The notes beneath the pieces are model-generated. The model was not told the DNA's origin and did no database searches. It worked only from the letters and a program-made list of their open reading frames with translations. A program made the position numbers and the translations under genes. From a virus, in IMG/VR virus record IMGVR_UViG_3300037245_001295, positions 32,001-96,000 of that record: a stretch of DNA of 64,000 nucleotides, one strand, 5' to 3'. Within the stretch, counting starts at the first letter, position 1. Every line of letters starts with the position of its first letter. This document shows, piece after piece, positions 8,112 to 16,733 of the stretch.

Positions 8112-11100
8112 TGCCTGAAGACATCACACAAAAACTAGGTTTTGACGCCTCCTCCGCTATCCAAGAGTTAGTGCGGTTGCGTCAGGAACTTCAGAACTTC
8201 AAGCAGTCCCTCCAGAATGTGTCTGGTGGGCTGCGGAAGTTCCCGTCTGCGGCCGTTCCCGCAATCAAGACATTCCGAGAACTCGCGACAGCGGCAACCT
8301 CAGCCTCCGCTGCTATTCAAAGTCTAGCAGTAGCGGGTGGGGTTCGTCAGGCTGCCGCTGCGGTTACAAACTCGTTTGACCAAGCTCGGACGGCTGTGCA
8401 AGGTGCTGGGGAGGCCGCCACGCAGGCGAGTACCGCAACGAAAGCGGCGGCGGACACTACCGCAACGGCTGCTAAAAAGTCTGGCGATGCAATGGACAAG
8501 GCCGGTAAAGCCGGTCAGAATGCTGGCAAAGCAATTTCCATCTCTTGGAAGACAATTGCCAGAGTCGTGCAGGCTCAGGTTATTGTCCGTGCAGTAAACA
8601 CGATAATCTCTTCGTTCAAAGAAGCCCGTGAAGAAGCTATTCAATTCTCAGTGGCCGTGGCGGAAGCGTTCACGATTTCCGGCGGTGCCTTAGGGTCAAT
8701 GGATGAGATGAACGAGCGGGTTCGTCAACTGACCCTCAGTTTAGGGGCTACTAGCGATGTCGTCGCCGAAGGTGTCTACCAAACTCTGTCGAACCAAGTG
8801 GTTGAGGCAGGGGACGCTTTGAAATTCACGGAGCAGGCGGGAAAGCTTGCTATTGCCACTAACTCCGACCTGAAGGATGCGGTGAATGCACTATCGTCTG
8901 TGATGAACAGTTATGGTCTCGATGTAACTGAGGCCACTCAAGTATCTGATGTACTCTTCAAAACAGTTGAATTGGGACGTACTCGACTGAATGAATTCGG
9001 GTCCACCTTAGGCCGATTGGCTCCTTTGACATCCGCACTTGGGATTAGCTATCAAGAAATGGCAGCAGCGGTGGCGGCTGTCACTAGGAAGGGTGTTCCA
9101 ACCCACACCGCTCTGACACAGATTTTGCAGGTGTCGCAAAAACTTCTACGGCCCACGGAGAAGCTGCAAGAACTCTATAATAAGTGGGGTGTAGAAACAG
9201 GGCCGGAGGCAATCGAGCGGTTCGGAGGCCTCGCTGGTGTATTGATTAAGATGAAGGACGAGACGGCCGGAAACGACGCCGCATTCTCCGATTTGTTAGG
9301 CCGAGTTCGTGCCATTGTTGGTGCTTTGAACTTGACCACTGACGGTGCCAATGACCTCACTGACGCACTCGATGCGATGAATAGTGTTGGTGGCGAGACC
9401 AGCAAGGCAATGGATGAGATTCGCGAGTCCACAGGTCGGCAAGCAATTGAGGCTTGGAACAATCTTGGCACGGAAATGTTGACTGTCGGTAAGACCTTGG
9501 CGGAAATTACCACGCCGTTAGCTAAGGGACTCCAGGTAATCGTTGACAATATGAATTCAGTTATCGCCGTCACAGTAGCGGTCGGTGTTGGCTTCATAGC
9601 TCTACGGGCGCAAGCTGCGGCGGCCTCGTCGCAGATGGGTGTAATGGCCCTCTCTGTGAAAGGCGTTGGTGCTGCTTTGATGTCTGTTCTTCCTATAGCC
9701 ATACTGGCAGCGGCGGCATTTGCCGCAGTAAAGGCTGCTGAGGCGTGGGCCGATTGGGCCGACAGTGCTACCGAAAATGCTGAAAGGATCGCAAATGCAG
9801 AGACGGCTCTGACGGCAGCACATGAACGGGGGACGAGGGAACGGGTGGAAACGTCTCGAAAAGAATTTGCTGCGCAAACCAAAGTTGCTGGTACGTTCTT
9901 CACTGAGATGTCCCAACTGTATCAGAAAGATGCGAGTGAGTTTGAGACTCGCAGTGAAGTCATTGGTAAAGTTCTTGATAGTACGCTTAGTCGCTTGATG
10001 AAGAGACGTGCTGATGCCGTCAAGATAGTCAGGGACGCTGTGATTGAAGCAGATGATGCGATCAGAACATCTGCTGAGAAACAAGCTACCGCGCAAGACA
10101 AACTCGATGAACTCAACTTCAAGAGACGGCTTCGCCGCCTGGGCGCGCGACGTGCAGCTACCGCCGTACACCAGCGTGCAGAGCAGACTGCGGCGCGTGC
10201 CGCGCAAGCGTTTGCCACAGCGGGTGCTGACGAGGAAGCACAAGCTGGGGCGCGGAAACTGTCGCAGGTGGCTGAGGTGCGGGCTGCCGAAGATGCCTCC
10301 CATCAAAAGACATTGGGCAACTTCAAGGGTATCCAAAGGGCTGAGAAGGTTCTTGAGGGAATCTTGCAAACTCGTATCTCGGGCGAAAAGGCTTTCCAAG
10401 CTGAAAGAACTAAGCTGCGCGACAGCGAGCACAGGACAGAGCTTCAAAGACTGGAAGAAACCGGACAGGCGGTCGAGGTTCTTCTGGAGAAGATGAAAGA
10501 CCTTGCTGACCCCACTGGTAAAACTTTCGCACAAATGGAGGCAGATACGCAGCGGATCGCCGAGCTTGTTCCTGAGTTCGCACGAAACCTTCAAGGAGCA
10601 TTTGACTTCGACGCCTTTGAGGGGTTAGGGCTGCCAGCGGGGATTGAAGAGTTGAAGACAGGCGTTGCGGAGGCATTTGACAAGGCTACGTTCGATTGGA
10701 CTCGGGCCACGGCAGACTTCAAGAATGCCGTGACCTCCCAAGAATATGATGTGCCAGTGACGCTAAAAATCTCCAACGAAGGATTCATTGAACAATTCGT
10801 GGCGTCGTTCGGTGAGGTTGATCTGCTTGGTGATCCAGGGCAGCGAGCCGCCAAAGAATTAAAGACTGCCCAAGACATAGTCCAAAGGACAGAAGAAGCT
10901 GGACGGGGTGTCGCTAACTCTCTGGACATAATTACGGACAGAGCGGGGACTATCAGAAGTAGTTTGGACATCAGTGACTTGTTAAGCACTTGGGAGAAAT
11001 TCTACGCCGTTGGTGCCCGTAAGGCCCCGTTTGAAAATATGGAAGAGTACCACGAGCGAGTGCGAAAGGCGGTGCCCGAACTCGATGCACTTCGCGGCAA

Positions 11101-12418
11101 GGTGCTGGAACTGACTAACTCACTTGAGACAAGTGGTAAAACTGGACAAGCCGTTATTGATGAGCAGCGAACAGCTTACAAGGAGATCATTGATGAAGCA
11201 AAGAGGTTGGAGGAGGAAGATATTGTCAGTCAGAACGCACTGAACAACCTCAAGCTCTCCACTGACCGTCTCAAAGAGATGGGAGCGGAAGTGACGAAGA
11301 TTAAGGCCTTTGACGAATCTGTTTCGGATATTCGGGCGGGCACTTACGAGGTGGCGTTGACTCGTCTAAGCGAGACGAGTGCCCAAGCAAAAGAATTGGT
11401 CCTCACAGAGGAACTTCTTGGCACGAAGACTAAGGCTCGAAATACAGAGCTTGAGCGGTCTATCGCCATTCACAAGCTACTCAACCAGGGTTCTCAGGAT
11501 AATGTCACTGCTACTGACAGTGAGAAAGAAGCCGTGGACTCACTATCAACCGCGTATGAGGGCGCGGCCGAGGCTCGTAAGAAATTGAACGAAGCCGGTG
11601 CTCGCGGTGAGGCTGGTGACGCCGGGGCGGCTGGCCCTGCCGGCGGCGAAGAAGCAGCGGCTCCGTCTGTGGATGCTTTGGCTGCTCAGGCTGCCGCTGC
11701 GCAGCAACTTCAAGCAGAGTTGCTGCTAGTCAATACGGAATTCGCAAACGTCATCAGTTCAGCCAGCGGACTCACAACTGCCGTTAGTGCCCCCCTTGAG
11801 CCCGCCATCCAGCTTCGGGACGCCTTCATGGGCATCTCCCAGGCGATAGCCGGTGTTAGTGCTGCTATGCCGTTGGTGACAGGGCAGCTATCGGGCGCAA
11901 CCTCAATTGCTGGTGCCTTGACCTCAGCTTTGAATCAGTCGGCCACGGCTGTAAGTGCTATCACGCAAGCCACCGGAAGCTTGTCCAGTAGTTTGGCAGC
12001 AGCGGCGGGCGCCGGTAACACCATGGCAGCGTCGATGAATGCTGCTGCTGCGGCGGCTGTGAAGGCGGCACAGGCCTGTGCCAAGGCCGCACAACAGTGT
12101 GCAGGCGGTAGCGCCCGTGCGTCCAATGGCGGCCGGTTCTTCGCGGACGGTGGGCGTGGCACGGACACCGTGCCTGCTATGCTGACTCCGGGTGAATTTG
12201 TTGTCAACGCCAAATCGGCACGTAACTTCTTCCCGCAGCTTCAGGCCATCAATGCGGGCCAGAGTCCTGTCTACCGAGAGCAAGGCGGACAGGTGACAAA
12301 TATCGGTGACGTGAACGTGACGTTACAAGGTGGTGACGGGCCGCCCGCCCAAACTATAAGAGAGATTGGTAACGGGTTACGACGTGAGTTACGTCGAAAA
12401 ACTGTGAAACTTTACTAA
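8111..12418 (+). CDS. tail tape measure protein (TP901-like core)
   Basis: 1435 aa, Ala-rich helical; VSDVLFKTVELGRT core; C-terminal GGRFFADGG.GTDTVPAMLTPGEFVVN. Confidence 0.92.
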   Translation: MPEDITQKLGFDASSAIQELVRLRQELQNFKQSLQNVSGGLRKFPSAAVPAIKTFRELATAATSASAAIQSLAVAGGVRQAAAAVTNSFDQARTAVQGAGEAATQASTATKAAADTTATAAKKSGDAMDKAGKAGQNAGKAISISWKTIARVVQAQVIVRAVNTIISSFKEAREEAIQFSVAVAEAFTISGGALGSMDEMNERVRQLTLSLGATSDVVAEGVYQTLSNQVVEAGDALKFTEQAGKLAIATNSDLKDAVNALSSVMNSYGLDVTEATQVSDVLFKTVELGRTRLNEFGSTLGRLAPLTSALGISYQEMAAAVAAVTRKGVPTHTALTQILQVSQKLLRPTEKLQELYNKWGVETGPEAIERFGGLAGVLIKMKDETAGNDAAFSDLLGRVRAIVGALNLTTDGANDLTDALDAMNSVGGETSKAMDEIRESTGRQAIEAWNNLGTEMLTVGKTLAEITTPLAKGLQVIVDNMNSVIAVTVAVGVGFIALRAQAAAASSQMGVMALSVKGVGAALMSVLPIAILAAAAFAAVKAAEAWADWADSATENAERIANAETALTAAHERGTRERVETSRKEFAAQTKVAGTFFTEMSQLYQKDASEFETRSEVIGKVLDSTLSRLMKRRADAVKIVRDAVIEADDAIRTSAEKQATAQDKLDELNFKRRLRRLGARRAATAVHQRAEQTAARAAQAFATAGADEEAQAGARKLSQVAEVRAAEDASHQKTLGNFKGIQRAEKVLEGILQTRISGEKAFQAERTKLRDSEHRTELQRLEETGQAVEVLLEKMKDLADPTGKTFAQMEADTQRIAELVPEFARNLQGAFDFDAFEGLGLPAGIEELKTGVAEAFDKATFDWTRATADFKNAVTSQEYDVPVTLKISNEGFIEQFVASFGEVDLLGDPGQRAAKELKTAQDIVQRTEEAGRGVANSLDIITDRAGTIRSSLDISDLLSTWEKFYAVGARKAPFENMEEYHERVRKAVPELDALRGKVLELTNSLETSGKTGQAVIDEQRTAYKEIIDEAKRLEEEDIVSQNALNNLKLSTDRLKEMGAEVTKIKAFDESVSDIRAGTYEVALTRLSETSAQAKELVLTEELLGTKTKARNTELERSIAIHKLLNQGSQDNVTATDSEKEAVDSLSTAYEGAAEARKKLNEAGARGEAGDAGAAGPAGGEEAAAPSVDALAAQAAAAQQLQAELLLVNTEFANVISSASGLTTAVSAPLEPAIQLRDAFMGISQAIAGVSAAMPLVTGQLSGATSIAGALTSALNQSATAVSAITQATGSLSSSLAAAAGAGNTMAASMNAAAAAAVKAAQACAKAAQQCAGGSARASNGGRFFADGGRGTDTVPAMLTPGEFVVNAKSARNFFPQLQAINAGQSPVYREQGGQVTNIGDVNVTLQGGDGPPAQTIREIGNGLRRELRRKTVKLY

Positions 12419-12492
12419 GGACTTCAGCGGGCCACGGGCACCTGATGTTGGTGCCTGCTAGACAGCCTGCGTAATACGATTGGAGACAAGAC

Positions 12493-12981
12493 ATGAACGC
12501 TAATCACGCCCTACCGCTTCGAGGCAAATTCTTCGTTGAGCACCGGAACAAGGACGGAAAACTTATCGGCCTCTACAGGATTCCTAATGGGATCGTGGAT
12601 GTTGGTATGGACTTCCTCCTGGACTGCATGTTCAACAGTGGCACGCAGAGTGCTACTTGGTATATCGCCCTCATCGACAACTCTGGGTACACCGGAGTTG
12701 CGGACAGTGACACACTGGCTTCCCACGCGGGCTGGACGGAATTCACTGATTACTCGGGTGGCCGAAAGACGTGGGGCGTTGGTTCTCCTTCTGGCCGTGC
12801 GATAACGAACGGCTCTACTGTGGACTTTACCATTACCGGCGCAGGCGCAGTCAGAGGTATTTTCGCCACAGACCAAGCGTCCGGTGCCTCTCCCATCCTC
12901 TGGGCAACGGCTCTATTCAGTTCGGCCATTACGGTTGCGGGGTCTGACGTGTTGAAGATTACCTACACAGTCAGTGGTTGA
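12493..12981 (+). CDS. minor tail structural protein
   Basis: N.IVD.G..FLLD...; GW.EFT.Y; D.LKITYTV pattern common in phage tail genes. Confidence 0.65.
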   Translation: MNANHALPLRGKFFVEHRNKDGKLIGLYRIPNGIVDVGMDFLLDCMFNSGTQSATWYIALIDNSGYTGVADSDTLASHAGWTEFTDYSGGRKTWGVGSPSGRAITNGSTVDFTITGAGAVRGIFATDQASGASPILWATALFSSAITVAGSDVLKITYTVSG

Positions 12982-12995
12982 TTCTCTCCCTCGGT

Positions 12996-13033
12996 GAGCC
13001 TTGGCGCGAGACTTCTCGCGTCAGGGCTCTTTT
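12996..13033 (+). terminator. intrinsic terminator
   Basis: GAGCCTTGGCGCGAG-ACTT-CTCGCGTCAGGGCTC-TTTT. Confidence 0.75.
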
Positions 13034-13050
13034 CAAGACAAGGTGCTGAT

Positions 13051-14088
13051 ATGGCTCTACTGTGGGTGGATGGCTTTGAAGGCTATGGTGATTCCGACAA
13101 CGAACGTGTGGAGAGTGTATTAGCGCGCCGGTATACTGTCGCTAGTCTACACGAAGTAAAGAATGATGGAAGATATGGAGGTTGGTCAATGCAGCCTGAG
13201 TTTTTTAACTGCACTTTCCAAACTCCCGCGTTGACAACTGACGATACTTTGATTGTTTGTTTTGCCTTGAAGTGGCCATACTTTGTCATTAACGCTGGCT
13301 CAATCTGTGCCATGTACAGTGGAGTTACAGAGGGTATGAAGTTTGGATGCCGTCCAGATGGTTCAATCATCATCTGGCGCGGCGGCACTATATTGGAGAC
13401 TACTGAACCCAGCGTTCTAAAATATCGCAGGTGGCATTGGATCGAATTCAAAGTAGTTACCAGTGACACGATCGGTTCGTATGAACTGAAGGTTGACGGG
13501 ACAACAGTTGCCTCAGCTTCCGGTATGGACACACAACCCGGCCTCTCTGCGTATCACGATATTGTGCAACTAAATGGCGTGGCTATCTCAACTGTAAAGA
13601 CGCCTAGATTCGACGATCTATTTATTATGGACGGTACGGGTGGGAGCTACGACGATTTCATTGGGCAGCGTCGTACGCAGGTGATAGTGCCTGACGGCGA
13701 CACTGCCACAGTAAATTGGACCGTTAGCGGCGGCAGTAATCACTGGGAGCTTGTTGATGACCTTGATCCTGATGATGACGCGAACTACGTCGAAGATACG
13801 GTCAGCACCGATCAAGATCGCTGGACTTACAGTGATATTACCGACTTCGATGGTGGGAGCATTGATGCCGTCTCCTTGATTACAGATGTTCGTGTAACAG
13901 ATGCTAACACGTATGATCTAACCACAGTCGTCAAGTCTGGCGGAACTGAATATACAGTAAATGCAGGAACTATCAGCAGCACTTCGTATGTTATGCTGGA
14001 CAGGTTGATGGTAGTAGACCCAGACACTTCGTCTGCTTGGACGTACAACAACGTAAATGCCATTGAAATGGGCGTGGAGGTGGGTTAA
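13051..14088 (+). CDS. tail protein, lectin/ConA-like fold (paralog 1)
   Basis: MALLWVDGFE; W.WIEFK; GSYELKVDG; FDDL; PDGD. Confidence 0.65.
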   Translation: MALLWVDGFEGYGDSDNERVESVLARRYTVASLHEVKNDGRYGGWSMQPEFFNCTFQTPALTTDDTLIVCFALKWPYFVINAGSICAMYSGVTEGMKFGCRPDGSIIIWRGGTILETTEPSVLKYRRWHWIEFKVVTSDTIGSYELKVDGTTVASASGMDTQPGLSAYHDIVQLNGVAISTVKTPRFDDLFIMDGTGGSYDDFIGQRRTQVIVPDGDTATVNWTVSGGSNHWELVDDLDPDDDANYVEDTVSTDQDRWTYSDITDFDGGSIDAVSLITDVRVTDANTYDLTTVVKSGGTEYTVNAGTISSTSYVMLDRLMVVDPDTSSAWTYNNVNAIEMGVEVG

Positions 14089-15146
14089 TGTCATTGTTAT
14101 GGATGGATGGCTTTGATAAGATTGGCGACATGGTCGGGGGTGAGGTGACGCCTGACAGTGTCATGGGTTGTCGCTATACAGACAGCCAGCATAGAGTGAA
14201 ATCGTATGGAGGCAGGAACGGTGGCGGGTCTATGGTCGCTTACTGGAATGCCGAGGCATTTATTCAGACGCCAGCTTTGACAACTGATGATACATTGATA
14301 GTTGGATTTTCTATGTATTGCCCAGACCCGTTTAACTCGGGTGAAATTTTTCAGATGAGATCGGCCTTTAACTTTGTAGACGACGAAATTGGCGGGATTT
14401 CACTCGTACTCAACGCTGACCTGTCCCTTACAATCAAACGTGGCTCAACTATACTGGCATCTTCGTCGGCGGGTGCTATCACACTTGACAATTGGGTTAG
14501 TGTAGAGACAAAGATAGTGTGTGACAATACCACAGGCTCTTATGAAGTTAGAGTCGATGATGTTGATGTTTTGTCTGCCACTGGAGTAGATACGCAACAA
14601 GGCGCAGACCCGCACCACAGTGTTGTTCGTTTTAATGGCGCATTGGCGTCCACTACTCCTGTCAGAGGTATGCGCATTGATGACTTTTGGGTGTGCGACA
14701 GTGTCGGTGGTCTCAGTGATTTTCTAGGTGCCTCCATAAGAATCACCACACTAAGCCCTAATGCTGATGGTGACGCTACAGACTGGACGCCGGATGCCGG
14801 GGGTACAAACTATACTCAGGTGGATGAAGATACTCAGGTAAGTGGCAACTATGTTGAGTCAAGCAGTCAATATGAGTTGGACTTATATGAGTTGGAAAAT
14901 ACCGTTAATATGCTAACACCCCTTGTTGTTCAAGTAGTTACCGAGGCTTTGAATACCGAGCCGAGTACCTGGACTCTGCAAACTGCCGTGAAGCACGGTG
15001 TTGATGTGAGTGTAGATTCTGGACAAACTATCGGCCACAGTGAGGTTGCATCAATTACCAGAAAAATGGACACTAATCCGGTAACTGCCAACATTTGGAC
15101 TGTGTCGGACATTGATGCACTTCAAACTGGGATAAAGGTAGGCTAA
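14088..15146 (+). CDS. tail protein, lectin/ConA-like fold (paralog 2)
   Basis: MSLLWMDGFD; shares QTPALTTDDTLIV and GSYE..VD with the previous gene. Confidence 0.65.
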   Translation: MSLLWMDGFDKIGDMVGGEVTPDSVMGCRYTDSQHRVKSYGGRNGGGSMVAYWNAEAFIQTPALTTDDTLIVGFSMYCPDPFNSGEIFQMRSAFNFVDDEIGGISLVLNADLSLTIKRGSTILASSSAGAITLDNWVSVETKIVCDNTTGSYEVRVDDVDVLSATGVDTQQGADPHHSVVRFNGALASTTPVRGMRIDDFWVCDSVGGLSDFLGASIRITTLSPNADGDATDWTPDAGGTNYTQVDEDTQVSGNYVESSSQYELDLYELENTVNMLTPLVVQVVTEALNTEPSTWTLQTAVKHGVDVSVDSGQTIGHSEVASITRKMDTNPVTANIWTVSDIDALQTGIKVG

Positions 15147-16336
15147 TGGCACTAAGAGTAACAAGACAACTTGGTGAAGTTTTGGGAACCGGCGGCGGTG
15201 TAGTTCGTGTTATACGTCAGTATACTGAAGTTTTAAGTGCGTCCTATACAATCTTTAACGAATCAGTGTCCTCCACACTGTCGCTTGGTTCCGAATCAGG
15301 TGAGTTCCTCGGCATTGGGGAAAGTGCCCTTGTAGGTAATACACTTAATATGACCTCTGAGGTTGTTACGAGTGGCCTATTACAGTCTATTGGTTCAGTA
15401 ATGAACCTGCAACAAACTATGGTGGTGCAGAAGCCGATCTATCAGTTTATGGTATCTCCGATGCGTATTCTTAGTGCTGTTAGTCGGGCGGGTTCGGAGA
15501 GGAATCTGTCACTAGCGTCAGAGATGTTGGTGACCGGTCAGGCAGGGCGGGGTTACGACGTTGATGTAGCGACCACGCTGGCAGTGGTCCAAGACATGTA
15601 TCGCCTCCAGACCCCCTCTTCAACGATGAACCTCACACAAACAGTTGACTATGGGAAGACCAAAGGACTTGAAGTAAGCGACATGGCTCTTGAGCAGACG
15701 GTTCTGTTAAATGCTGACTGGGTCCGTCCGATCACACAGACTTTGGGCATCGGCCACACCCTGACTTACTATCTCCCTAGTCCGTGTGGCACGAAGGCCT
15801 ACACCCCCTATATCGGTGAGAACACTATCATCGGCGCCCCCGCGCCGCCCGACGCTTCGCTGCCGTTTGCACCTGGACTCCCAGTGGACGAGAGATTCCA
15901 ACTTCTGTATCCTGGCCTTGGAGAGGCTACCGACACGGTCGAGCTTCGAGCCCCTAACCTGGACAACAGAGAGCGCCTATCCTTCACGAGGATTAACAGA
16001 GAGACTCGTGGCGGTCGTTTAATCGTATTTGCCGACCCGACGTGGCCACAAGTAAATACGTTGGTACTTAGCTTCTCCGGCCTCTCCAAAGCAGAGGTGG
16101 ACTCGCTACAAACATTCATGGTGGCACACCTCGGAGAGGAGGTTGGTTTGATTGATTGGGAGGGTCACCATTGGGTCGGTGTGATTACATCACCAACGGA
16201 ACGGGCTGTGCAAGATGGTAAAGGCTGCGACGGCCGGTGGACCATCGGATTGGAGTTTGAAGGCGTTATGTTGGAGGAGGCGCCGTCTGGGTCGCACATG
16301 TCGCTGGCGAGTTCTGTCATCGCGGTGTTAAACTAA
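15146..16336 (+). CDS. minor tail protein (C-terminal distal-tail-like domain)
   Basis: Translationally coupled; C-terminal region resembles the next gene (VELRAP/VELPSP; IDWEG..WVG/IDHNN.TWVG; LEFE). Confidence 0.55.
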   Translation: MALRVTRQLGEVLGTGGGVVRVIRQYTEVLSASYTIFNESVSSTLSLGSESGEFLGIGESALVGNTLNMTSEVVTSGLLQSIGSVMNLQQTMVVQKPIYQFMVSPMRILSAVSRAGSERNLSLASEMLVTGQAGRGYDVDVATTLAVVQDMYRLQTPSSTMNLTQTVDYGKTKGLEVSDMALEQTVLLNADWVRPITQTLGIGHTLTYYLPSPCGTKAYTPYIGENTIIGAPAPPDASLPFAPGLPVDERFQLLYPGLGEATDTVELRAPNLDNRERLSFTRINRETRGGRLIVFADPTWPQVNTLVLSFSGLSKAEVDSLQTFMVAHLGEEVGLIDWEGHHWVGVITSPTERAVQDGKGCDGRWTIGLEFEGVMLEEAPSGSHMSLASSVIAVLN

Positions 16337-16349
16337 TTGGGAGAGTCAC

Positions 16350-16733
16350 ATGTTCTTTATTCGAGCCCCATACCCCACCACCCAAGTGACGGTGGAACTT
16401 CCGTCGCCGCATTGGAGCGACTCTGTAGCCCTTGCCGCAACCTTACAAGTGTTGCGAGCAATGAACGGGGCGCAGTACACTTACGTTCACGAGCGAAATG
16501 GTCGGAAGAAGTTTCAGTGGGATTTCACCATAGCTAGAAACAAAGCCCTGGAGTTGCGTGCCTTTCTGAAGGTGTACTTCCGCTTCCAAGTGCAGATCAT
16601 TGACCACAATAACGAGACGTGGGTTGGTTACTTAATCAACAACCCGTTTGAAAGTGCTGGCAGCGGTCGGGCGGTGGACTTCCCAGGGGGTGAGACGATG
16701 GACATTACTTTGGAATTCGAGGAGGCTGAGTGA
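16350..16733 (+). CDS. distal tail-like protein
   Basis: GGGAG RBS; position before the large tail tip gene. Confidence 0.55.
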   Translation: MFFIRAPYPTTQVTVELPSPHWSDSVALAATLQVLRAMNGAQYTYVHERNGRKKFQWDFTIARNKALELRAFLKVYFRFQVQIIDHNNETWVGYLINNPFESAGSGRAVDFPGGETMDITLEFEEAE

